This document shows positions 17,045 through 24,545 of a stretch of 32,000 nt of DNA, piece by piece; within the stretch, counting starts at the first letter, position 1; the number at the start of each line of letters is the position of its first letter. The stretch lies in the NCBI GenBank assembly GCA_038046485.1, contig JBBSWA010000047.1, forward strand, positions 1 to 32,000, read 5' to 3'. Under the pieces are notes generated by a model. That model searched no databases and was not told where the DNA came from. It saw nothing but the letters and a program-made list of their open reading frames with translations. Made by a program: the position numbers and the translations under genes. The stretch comes from Nanobdellota archaeon. Lineage in GTDB: Archaea; Nanobdellota; Nanobdellia; Woesearchaeales; SM23-78.

Positions 17045-18016
17045 CTACCCAAAAATATTCTTTAGCCAGGCGATGAAGTGATCCCAACCACTTTGTTCTG
17101 GTTTGGAAGATGTGCTGGATGGGACATCGGAAGCTGCGCAGATACCTCGTGCACAACTTTGACTTGCACATTCATGGTATTGAGCGCACGAAGCCCCTTC
17201 ACTCTTCACCATCATCCAACCTGAGGATGAGCAATACTGCTGAAGGCCATCATTTGACAATTGTTTGCCCACAGGGAAACAGCCATCCTGCCAAGTGCAT
17301 CCATTGCACGTTGAAGCTGTGTCGACTGGTGCAACTTCTTGTACCGATGGAAGACTCTTTGAAGGCTGAACAGCCCCTTGTTTATCCACACAATAATAAT
17401 AATGATCATCACAGATGAATGAATTACACTCCCCATCGGAACTGCAACACTCCTTTCCTTCCTCACAACAGATGTGCCGCTCACAATGTACCGACTTACA
17501 CTCCGTGTTGGTATCACAACGACCGCCTGCGGGCTTCTGTACGTTAAAGCCAAAACCCCATTTGGATTTAGATTCTGCCTTTGCTTCTTCGGCTGTGACG
17601 GAAGTGACTCGAACCTTTACTCCAATACTGCCTTTGTTTTCATGATAAAAAATAATTGTGTTTTTTCCTGCCTTGAAAAAATTCGTTGCGTCAAGCCACG
17701 AGCCTACGCCTGATGTTGCATCTACAACCTTACCTAGAGTACGGTCCATGATAAAGACCCCGTTGGGGGTGGTTGATTTTACATTCCACACTAAATTGTC
17801 ATTTACCTTGACGATTCCATTCCAGCCCATGTATTTTGCGACTTGTTCTGAATTGGAGGCTTCGTAATTCGCGATTTCAATGGAACGAAAATCCTCTGGT
17901 AGTTCAACTGAGAGGGTTGCTGGGCTATGAGAAGGAACTGCACCTAGATCTATGACGTTTGTGTAAGCTAAGACTGCAGGTAATAACAGGAAGAACAATA
18001 CCATAAACTTCTTCAT
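17045..18016 (-). CDS. secreted cysteine-rich protein
   Basis: Signal peptide MKKFMVLFFLLLPAVLAYT. The Cys motif repeats twice as C-x5-C-x4-C-x4-C (CDTNTECKSVHCERHIC and CAQYHECASQSCARGIC). Confidence 0.65.
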   Translation of the reverse strand: MKKFMVLFFLLLPAVLAYTNVIDLGAVPSHSPATLSVELPEDFRSIEIANYEASNSEQVAKYMGWNGIVKVNDNLVWNVKSTTPNGVFIMDRTLGKVVDATSGVGSWLDATNFFKAGKNTIIFYHENKGSIGVKVRVTSVTAEEAKAESKSKWGFGFNVQKPAGGRCDTNTECKSVHCERHICCEEGKECCSSDGECNSFICDDHYYYCVDKQGAVQPSKSLPSVQEVAPVDTASTCNGCTWQDGCFPVGKQLSNDGLQQYCSSSGWMMVKSEGASCAQYHECASQSCARGICAASDVPSSTSSKPEQSGWDHFIAWLKNIFG

Positions 18017-18038
18017 ACTAAGAGAAGTGAGAAACCTC

Positions 18039-18047
18039 TATATAAAT
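18039..18047 (-). promoter_or_regulatory. TATA box for the Cys-rich protein gene
   Basis: The minus strand reads ATTTATATAGAGGTT, 22 nt before the start at 18016. Confidence 0.55.
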
Positions 18048-18076
18048 GTAGTTGAAAATTTTATTCGTTCAAGCCA

Positions 18077-19180
18077 TTAACGTATACTTTCATAGCCACC
18101 TTTTACACCTTCTTTGGAAAACACGATCTGCCAGAGTTGATTCTTGCGTGCACGGAAATCCCCTGCCCCCAATAACAGGTAGTACTTCCACATCCTGTAA
18201 AACCTTTCACCATACGCTTTCTTCAACTTTGGCCAATACTTGTCAAAGTTCTTGAACCAAGCCATGGTCGTGTTATCATAATACTGTCCGAAGTTATGCC
18301 AATCCTCCATCACAAACAACCCTTCCACAGATTTAGCCACTTGCTTTATCGAAGGAATCATGCCATTTGGAAAAATGTACTTAAGAATCCAAGGATCTGC
18401 GGTTGCTTGGGATAGATCTGAACCAATTGTGTGAAGTAAGAATAATCCTTTTTTATCTAAGCATTTATACACTACCCCCATAAAAGTCCTGTAGTTCTTG
18501 ACACCTACATGTTCAAACATACCTACAGAAACAATCCTGTCAAACTTCTCATGTATAGATCTATAATCTTGTATTCTTATATCGACAGGCAAACCTTTAC
18601 ACACTTCTTTAGCAAACTTTGCTTGTTCTTTAGAGATGGTTATGCCCACAACTTTTACTTTGTACTTCTCCGCTGCGTACTTTGCAAAACTTCCCCACCC
18701 ACAGCCAATATCCAATATTTTCATGCCCGGCCTTAACGATATTTTTTTGCAGATTAAGTCTAACTTAGCTTCTTGAGCCTGGTCCAGTGTGTTAGCGTCT
18801 TTCCAATAACCACAGCTATACACCATTCTTTTATCCAACATAAGCTTGTATAAGTTATTTCCTAGGTCATAATGACGGCGCCCAACTTCATACGCTCTAG
18901 AAGCACTCTGCAAATTAACCAACTTTGCTAAGATTACTGAGCCCATATCCTTCCAAGTCACCACCTTTTTATCTAACTCAGCTTCTAACAATTTACAGAA
19001 GAATTGATCCAGTGATTTACAATCCCACCATCCATCCATATATGACTCCCCTAAACCTAGAGAACCCTGACTTAACAATCGGGCATAAAACTTGGGATTG
19101 TGAACTTGAATATCCCAAGGTCGAGAACCATCTATCTTAATATCTGCTAAAGCGAATAAATCTTGAACCGCTTGTTTCAT
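18077..19180 (-). CDS. cfa: cyclopropane-fatty-acyl-phospholipid synthase family methyltransferase
   Basis: LGESYMDGWWDC and the SAM motif LDIGCGWGSFAKYAAEKYKVKVVGITISKEQ closely match Cfa/mycolic-acid methyltransferases. Confidence 0.85.
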   Translation of the reverse strand: MKQAVQDLFALADIKIDGSRPWDIQVHNPKFYARLLSQGSLGLGESYMDGWWDCKSLDQFFCKLLEAELDKKVVTWKDMGSVILAKLVNLQSASRAYEVGRRHYDLGNNLYKLMLDKRMVYSCGYWKDANTLDQAQEAKLDLICKKISLRPGMKILDIGCGWGSFAKYAAEKYKVKVVGITISKEQAKFAKEVCKGLPVDIRIQDYRSIHEKFDRIVSVGMFEHVGVKNYRTFMGVVYKCLDKKGLFLLHTIGSDLSQATADPWILKYIFPNGMIPSIKQVAKSVEGLFVMEDWHNFGQYYDNTTMAWFKNFDKYWPKLKKAYGERFYRMWKYYLLLGAGDFRARKNQLWQIVFSKEGVKGGYESIR

Positions 19181-19247
19181 CTACCCACTTAGGTTTCACC
19201 GATATTTATAAGGATTATGACTTTAAATAGAACGTTAAGAAATTCAA

Positions 19248-19275
19248 GCCTCCGGCGAGAGTTGCACTCAGGGCC
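19248..19275 (-). pseudogene. orphan 3' end (T-arm plus acceptor strand) of a tRNA
   Basis: The minus strand reads GGCCCTGAGTGCAACTCTCGCCGGAGGC, 23/28 identical to positions 45-72 of the tRNA-Thr at 20296-20367. It starts immediately after the LAGLIDADG stop codon. Confidence 0.65.
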
Positions 19276-20268
19276 TTATGTATCTTTGAGTTTACTTAAG
19301 TGGCGCTGATTACTAAACCCGACGATCTCTATGAATCTTTTACAGTTCTGAACGCCATTTATCTGGATTTTCCTGAAATCTGACGTTATGGTTGCATTTA
19401 TTTCAAAGCCTCTTAAAATGTCGTAAATTTGCGCCATAAGATGCTTGCTAACCATCTGTAGACCTATTCTTATGTAAGGCACTTTAAAGGTGGCTCTTTT
19501 ATCCCAGTATACGGAGCCATCTGTGTCAAATATACCTCGAATGCAACGTTTCAGCAGGAGAGAATCTGCTTTTAAGATCTCATCTGGAATAACAACAGAA
19601 TAGGCTTTTTTACCTGCTGGAAACTTGAACCTTTTCGTCAATAGATAGTGAAACTCTTTAGAATGAATGGTTAGCCTCAAAGCGTTCTCTTTGCTCGTCA
19701 AAATCGGATTTGACCTTGGACTGATGCCCTTAATGTAAGACATTAAGGTTGTGTAATATTCCTTGTCCAGCTGAGCGTGCCCTGTAAATTGGATTGTATA
19801 AGCGCCTCCGTACTTGTTTGTAAAGCCATCTCCTATGAAAGCTCCGATTAACTCGCATAGCCCAAGTGTTAAAGGCATATCAAACTTGAAATGATACTTC
19901 AGCACTTTTGCTGATTGCGCTCCTAACTTTCTTCCTTTTCGGAAGATGTCTGGATGCTTTCTAGATGTAGAAACACCTCCTTTTCTTCGACCCCAATCTT
20001 TCTCTTTTAGAACGATTTGCTCGAAGAAAAAGTTCTTATCTTGATCTTTTACACAGGCTATGAAGTTTAAGAACATCGAATAAGGAATGGACCGCGTGGC
20101 TGATCGAAAAGTGTCTAATCTCGATTTATAGAGTTTAAAATGTTCTTGTACACTTTTCCAAGAACCGAATCTCGTTTTCAGAGCAGCGAAGAATTGATTT
20201 CTGATTTTATCGTTTTTAAAGAACACTCTCTTTGAAAGCAACTCAGGGGAAGTTTTTTTATTTTTCAT
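19276..20268 (-). CDS. double-motif LAGLIDADG homing-endonuclease-like protein
   Basis: Motif 1 is LIGAFIGDG and motif 2 is CIRGIFDTDGSV, about 100 aa apart. There is an N-terminal extension of about 130 aa. Confidence 0.8.
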   Translation of the reverse strand: MKNKKTSPELLSKRVFFKNDKIRNQFFAALKTRFGSWKSVQEHFKLYKSRLDTFRSATRSIPYSMFLNFIACVKDQDKNFFFEQIVLKEKDWGRRKGGVSTSRKHPDIFRKGRKLGAQSAKVLKYHFKFDMPLTLGLCELIGAFIGDGFTNKYGGAYTIQFTGHAQLDKEYYTTLMSYIKGISPRSNPILTSKENALRLTIHSKEFHYLLTKRFKFPAGKKAYSVVIPDEILKADSLLLKRCIRGIFDTDGSVYWDKRATFKVPYIRIGLQMVSKHLMAQIYDILRGFEINATITSDFRKIQINGVQNCKRFIEIVGFSNQRHLSKLKDT

Positions 20269-20295
20269 AAAAGACCTCTTTGGAAAAATAAAAAA

Positions 20296-20367
20296 GCCCC
20301 CGACGAGAGTTGCACTCGCGACCTGCGCTTTACGAGAGCGCCGCTATAGCTACTAAGCCACGGGGGC
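20296..20367 (-). tRNA. tRNA-Thr: tRNA-Thr (anticodon CGU), no encoded CCA
   Basis: 72-nt cloverleaf folded by hand: acceptor GCCCCCG/CGGGGGC, D stem GCT/AGC, anticodon stem GCGCT/AGCGC with loop CTCGTAA, T stem GCGAG/CTCGT. A TATA box lies 25 nt upstream and a T-run downstream. The T-loop (TGCAACT) and D-loop (no GG) are atypical. Confidence 0.75.
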
Positions 20368-20392
20368 ATATGTGCATATGAACATTGATTCC

Positions 20393-20400
20393 TATATAAA
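20393..20400 (-). promoter_or_regulatory. TATA box for tRNA-Thr
   Basis: The minus strand reads AAAATTTATATAGG, with 25 nt between the box and the tRNA 5' end. Confidence 0.55.
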
Positions 20401-20407
20401 TTTTCCT

Positions 20408-20428
20408 TAGCTACTATGCTACGGAGGC
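20408..20428 (-). pseudogene. orphan 5' end (acceptor strand plus D-arm start) of a tRNA
   Basis: The minus strand reads GCCTCCGTAGCATAGTAGCTA, 18/21 identical to positions 1-21 of the adjacent tRNA-Thr. GCCTCCG is exactly complementary to CGGAGGC in the 3' fragment at 19248-19254. Confidence 0.65.
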
Positions 20429-20440
20429 ATGGATGAGGAG

Positions 20441-20605
20441 TTAGGCTAATTTCTTCTTGATTTCTTCGGTAGGGACGGACTTCTGGCAAGTTGGGCAAAC
20501 GGAGTGTTTAGTCTTCTTCTTGCCTTCTTTCGTATATACATAGGTGCCTAGGATCTTCTTGAGGAAGGTCTCTTCGATTGTCTTTTTACAGAGTTCGCAC
20601 TTCAT
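20441..20605 (-). CDS. 54-aa zinc-ribbon protein (below the ORF-track cutoff)
   Basis: MKCELCKK...HSVCPTCQKS contains two CxxC pairs. The TATA box ctttatatac on the minus strand ends 23 nt before the ATG. Confidence 0.55.
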   Translation of the reverse strand: MKCELCKKTIEETFLKKILGTYVYTKEGKKKTKHSVCPTCQKSVPTEEIKKKLA

Positions 20606-20641
20606 AGACGAGAAAGGACTTAAGAGCGTATATAAAGGTTT

Positions 20642-21217
20642 TCACTTAAACAGAACGAAGGAAGCCCCATAAAACCCTGCAGCTATGAAGAGCAAGGCGA
20701 AGTAAACGGCCTTATTCCAATGATATACTTTCTTTCCGTCCAATAACCAAAATGGCAAGAGATTGAATAATCCAAGCCAGGCATTGATTAAATAACCGTA
20801 ATGTGCGACCATCCCAATCCAAGGAGATAAGGCTAAGAAGAGCAAGGCAAGGATTAAGTTTGAAAGCGGGCCTGCGGCTGAGATTAAGCCACTTTGCTTT
20901 GAAGAGACATGACCTTGGATGATCACTGCACCGGGAGCTGCGAAGACGACGCCGAAGAGACTGGTGATGAGCGCTAAGAACAACATTTTATCATCACTTC
21001 TGAATTCAGCCCAACAATGATACCTTTGAGCAACTATTTTATGACAGAGTTCATGGATGAGAAAGCCTGAACCGACCGTGATCCCGGCAATGAGGACGTA
21101 GAGCAAGAGCTTAGGAGAGAGCCAACCATGTGGATTGATGACCAGGCCAAAAGCCACGCTGATGACGAGCCAGGCCTTGAGGAGGTCGTGTTTTTCGATG
21201 GAGCTGAAACGGAGCAT
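20642..21217 (-). CDS. M50-type (site-2 protease family) membrane metalloprotease
   Basis: HELCH (HExxH) lies in a TM helix, with NLLPFWLLDG downstream and multiple TM segments. Confidence 0.75.
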   Translation of the reverse strand: MLRFSSIEKHDLLKAWLVISVAFGLVINPHGWLSPKLLLYVLIAGITVGSGFLIHELCHKIVAQRYHCWAEFRSDDKMLFLALITSLFGVVFAAPGAVIIQGHVSSKQSGLISAAGPLSNLILALLFLALSPWIGMVAHYGYLINAWLGLFNLLPFWLLDGKKVYHWNKAVYFALLFIAAGFYGASFVLFK

Positions 21218-21290
21218 ATACTCTTCTATTCCACCACCTATTAAAAATGTTACCCTTAGACTTAAAAATGAGGCTTATTTTCTTGAGCCC

Positions 21291-22034
21291 ATGAGCGTTG
21301 AAGAAGCAGTAAAAAGTGCCTTTCCAGACTATCCTGAAACCCATAGCATATTGCGAATGATGCTTACCACCCACTCAGCTCCAATCGAAGTATTGCCTAC
21401 ACTCGCTGAGCATCATGGCACTATTCTCTCCAGTTATGATCGTCGAAAGGCCTTACGATTCTTGGAAGATCTTTCTATTCACAATGGAAACCTAAACTCT
21501 GAGCGAATCGCAGAACAAGCTAAACAACCTTACGATCGAATGCGAGTTTCTGTTCAAAATATTCCTCTCCTTTACCTAGCAGCAATTGGCATGATCCGAA
21601 GAGACTTTGGAGACACAACTCAAAGTGCCAGTAAACCTACTTTTACTATAGTGAATGACCGATGGAGACTCACCACCCACTACAAAGGACCTCAAGGAAG
21701 CTTGTCCTTTGCCTTAATTCGTCAGGCTCCTTGGATCCCAGATATCACTCCAGATGTATATGACTTCTTCAATGAACGCAATCCTTACCATGTCAATTTC
21801 AACCGAAAAGAAGGAAGCACCTCTTCTGATGTTCACGCCCAATTCAAAGCTGACCCAAAACGACATGTAGAGCTTCTTGACCATTGGGAAAGTACTGCCC
21901 GAAATCCTGAAAAAGGGAAAGAAGCGATGGAAGGTGCTCTCTACGAGTTTTATGGAGCAGCTCGACCGATAGATGTACGGGTTTTTGCAGATTATCTACG
22001 GCAAAAACATATTGAATTTGAGGATCTAAAATAG
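21291..22034 (+). CDS. hypothetical protein
   Basis: The ORF opens at 21135, but that part overlaps the M50 gene and its promoter. The ATG at 21291 follows cttaaaaatgagg by about 17 nt. I recognise no family. Confidence 0.5.
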   Translation: MSVEEAVKSAFPDYPETHSILRMMLTTHSAPIEVLPTLAEHHGTILSSYDRRKALRFLEDLSIHNGNLNSERIAEQAKQPYDRMRVSVQNIPLLYLAAIGMIRRDFGDTTQSASKPTFTIVNDRWRLTTHYKGPQGSLSFALIRQAPWIPDITPDVYDFFNERNPYHVNFNRKEGSTSSDVHAQFKADPKRHVELLDHWESTARNPEKGKEAMEGALYEFYGAARPIDVRVFADYLRQKHIEFEDLK

Positions 22035-22213
22035 CTTATTTTTGTTATTCTATAGTAGTATATAATCGAAAGATTTAAATACTCGAACTACTTTATAGAG
22101 GATAGCCTTACACCTCCGTGAATACCTTGGAGCACAGATCGAGTACCCCTCCTTCAAACTCCAAGGGACTTCACCCCTAAGGTTTAAGAATCATTAACAT
22201 TTCGTGATGTAAA

Positions 22214-23151
22214 ATGGACCTATTTGGAAAAAGTCGAATTTCTGAACTTGAAAGAACCACTACTCGATTAGAACGTGAATTAGCTACTGCTCGAAGAGAG
22301 AATACCACACTTTCTCAAGATCAAGCACGAATAGCACAAGAACTAAGAAACGCAACAACCCTAGAAAGAGGAACTTAAGAGGAACTTCTCAAGAACTTAC
22401 TCGCTTACAAGGAGAATTCGGAAAGATTAACGGAGAACTAGGAGAACTCAGAGGAAGACTCATTGTTGTACCTCCTGTTGCGATTACCAAAGACGAATTG
22501 GTTGCTTATGCAACAAACTCCGCCGATCGAGGATATCAAACCCTGTTCAATCAGTTCCGAGATCGAGCTGCAGAAAGAGGAGCTCAAATATATCCTGAAC
22601 CTGGGAGATGTCATGAAGGAAAATTCCGCATCTACCTCACACCCGATAAAGAACCGGATGGATTTGAAGCCTACATTGAAACCCAAGGGCTGGAATCCAG
22701 TTACGATTTGCAAGAACGCAGACATGATCTAGTACTAAAAGGAACTCTTAAAGGAAGATATATTTCTAATAACCATAAAGATTCCCCCACTCCCGAAATG
22801 CGCGCCCGTGGCCAATATCATGGTGGTCCTTGCTGGGAATACGGCCTTGGAAGAACTAACTATCCAAAAATCTGGCAAGACCAACTGGAAACAGACTTAG
22901 GCGCATTGTTAAAATCATTCAGCCATGGAGTTGCTGCCCAACACCTTGCCAGTGAACCTACTGAAAAAGCTGGACCTCTACGAGAACAACGCGTTGGTGT
23001 TATCTTTGGCCTCATGGAACAACAAGAGCTCGCTCAAGACCCAGTCTTACTCGCACGTATCCGAGAAGCCTTAACAAAAGGCGATGGAATGTATGCCGCA
23101 ACGATTAAACCACACTTGGAAAGACTCGGGATAGAAGTACCTACATCTTAA
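22214..23151 (+). pseudogene. coiled-coil-headed hypothetical protein split by an 11-bp tandem duplication
   Basis: An ATG ORF at 22214-22378 stops inside the first repeat copy. The downstream ORF (to 23151) has no ATG or GTG and is open back to 22279. Deleting one 11-mer fuses them into one 309-codon frame. Confidence 0.6.
22367..22388 (+). repeat. tandem 11-mer agaggaactta/agaggaacttc
   Basis: This is a direct read of the sequence, with 10/11 identity between the copies. Confidence 0.95.
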
Positions 23152-24499
23152 ATGGCATCTTGCCGCCAAACTTTTGCATCATCTTTTGCATGTCCTTTTC
23201 TGAGCCGCCCTTGAACATCTTGACCATCTTCTTGGATTGCTTGTATTGCTTGAGAAGCGCGCGAATCTCACTCGATGAGCAACCAGAACCCTTTGCGATT
23301 CTGTCCACACGAGAGCCATCCATATCCTCCGGGTTTTCCAACTCTTCCTTGGTGCATGAATCCAGGATGAACTTCCACTTCGTAAGCTTTTCTTCTTGCA
23401 CTTCCAACATTTCTTTTGGTAGGTGAACTTGACTCATGCCAGGAATCATCTCCATGATCTTTGTCAAAGGACCCATCTTTCTTACTGCTTGCATCTGCTC
23501 GTACAAGTCCAACAAGCTAAAATCACCCTTGAGGAACTTATTGCCTAGATCTTGCGCTTCCTCCTCAGAAATCGCGCCTTTGGCCTTTTCTAAAAGAGCT
23601 TCTAAATCACCCATACCTAAAAGACGGCCGACGAAACCTTCTGGACGGAATTCTTCCAGATCATCTGCTTTTTCCCCCAGACCAATGAACTTAACGGGAG
23701 CGCCTGTGATGGCAGCAGCTGCTAATGCACCGCCTCCTTTCGCTGTACCATCTAACTTAGTAATCACAATGCCTGTTACGCCACAGGTTTCGTGAAAGGT
23801 TTGGGCTTGCTTTTCGGCCGCTTGACCGAGGTCTGCGCCCATGACTAAAAGGATTTCATCTGCTTTGACGGCCTTGTGGATGCTGTTGAGCTCTGTGATG
23901 AGTTCATCTGATAAGGCGTCTCGACCGGCCGTATCCACGATGACCAAGTCGTATTTGTTGAGTTCTGGTTCGAACTTCTTGAAAATCTTAGCTGGATCTT
24001 TTGATTTCTTATCCCCCATGAAATCCACGCCGACTTTCTTTGCGAGTTGTTCCAATTGATCAAAAGCCGCTGGACGCCACGTGTCGGTTGTCATGACGGC
24101 TACCTTGAGACCTCGTTTTTTGTAATAATGAGCGAGCTTTCCTGCAGTGGTGGTTTTTCCGTTTCCAAAGAGACCCACGAGCATGAGCTTGAAGGGCTTT
24201 TTCTTCATCTCGATCTTAGAACTAGAGCCGCCTCCCCCTAAGAACTTAGTGAGCTCTTCATAGAGAACCTGGATGAGGTATTCTTTCTTTGAAAGGGTTT
24301 TAGGAGCTTCTTCTTTTAGAACGCGCTCCTTGATTTTATTGGAAAGATCTAAAACAAGCTTGACGTTGACATCGGATTGAAGCAAGGAACGCTGGACATC
24401 TTTGACGAGTTCGTTTACGAGCTTTTCATCCACGAAGACAGCTGAAGCGATCTTCTTTAACGTATTTTTTAAGGAGTCGGAGAGCTTGTCAAGGACCAT
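23141..24499 (-). CDS. srp54: signal recognition particle protein SRP54 (archaeal type)
   Basis: N domain MVLDKLSDSLKNTLKKI...SDVNVKLV, G domain GLFGNGKTTT, DTAGR and TKLDGTAKGGGAL, and a Met-rich M domain. The ATG at 24499 is 21 nt after the TATA box; the track start at 24508 is a TTG. Confidence 0.95.
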   Translation of the reverse strand: MVLDKLSDSLKNTLKKIASAVFVDEKLVNELVKDVQRSLLQSDVNVKLVLDLSNKIKERVLKEEAPKTLSKKEYLIQVLYEELTKFLGGGGSSSKIEMKKKPFKLMLVGLFGNGKTTTAGKLAHYYKKRGLKVAVMTTDTWRPAAFDQLEQLAKKVGVDFMGDKKSKDPAKIFKKFEPELNKYDLVIVDTAGRDALSDELITELNSIHKAVKADEILLVMGADLGQAAEKQAQTFHETCGVTGIVITKLDGTAKGGGALAAAAITGAPVKFIGLGEKADDLEEFRPEGFVGRLLGMGDLEALLEKAKGAISEEEAQDLGNKFLKGDFSLLDLYEQMQAVRKMGPLTKIMEMIPGMSQVHLPKEMLEVQEEKLTKWKFILDSCTKEELENPEDMDGSRVDRIAKGSGCSSSEIRALLKQYKQSKKMVKMFKGGSEKDMQKMMQKFGGKMPFKM

Positions 24500-24520
24500 G
24501 AAAAGCAAAAAAGAATGAAA

Positions 24521-24528
24521 TTATATAA
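24521..24528 (-). promoter_or_regulatory. TATA box for srp54
   Basis: The plus strand reads ttatataa (a palindrome, so the same on the minus strand), 21 nt from the ATG at 24499. Confidence 0.55.
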
Positions 24529-24545
24529 GCTTATCCATTGGATTT

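Noticed and set aside
20296-20367. Reading the tRNA on the plus strand as tRNA-Arg(ACG), since the anticodon loop is also plausible in reverse
   Set aside because: On the plus strand the arm geometry is wrong: there is no 2-nt spacer before the first arm and a 2-nt gap before the acceptor 3' strand. The TATA box and T-run fit only the minus orientation.
20265-20498. A 77-aa minus-strand ORF from the track
   Set aside because: It runs straight through the tRNA-Thr gene, its promoter and the orphan tRNA fragment, and its translation is low-complexity. It is best explained as a chance open frame.
21135-21290. An N-terminal 52-codon extension of the 299-aa ORF
   Set aside because: It overlaps the start of the M50 protease gene and the shared promoter region on the opposite strand. 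An internal ATG at 21291 has proper TATA spacing.
22204-22255. A possible C/D-box sRNA, with GTGATGT at 22204 and CTGA at 22251
   Set aside because: The C-box match is imperfect, no internal C'/D' boxes exist, and the segment overlaps the ATG of a plausible ORF.
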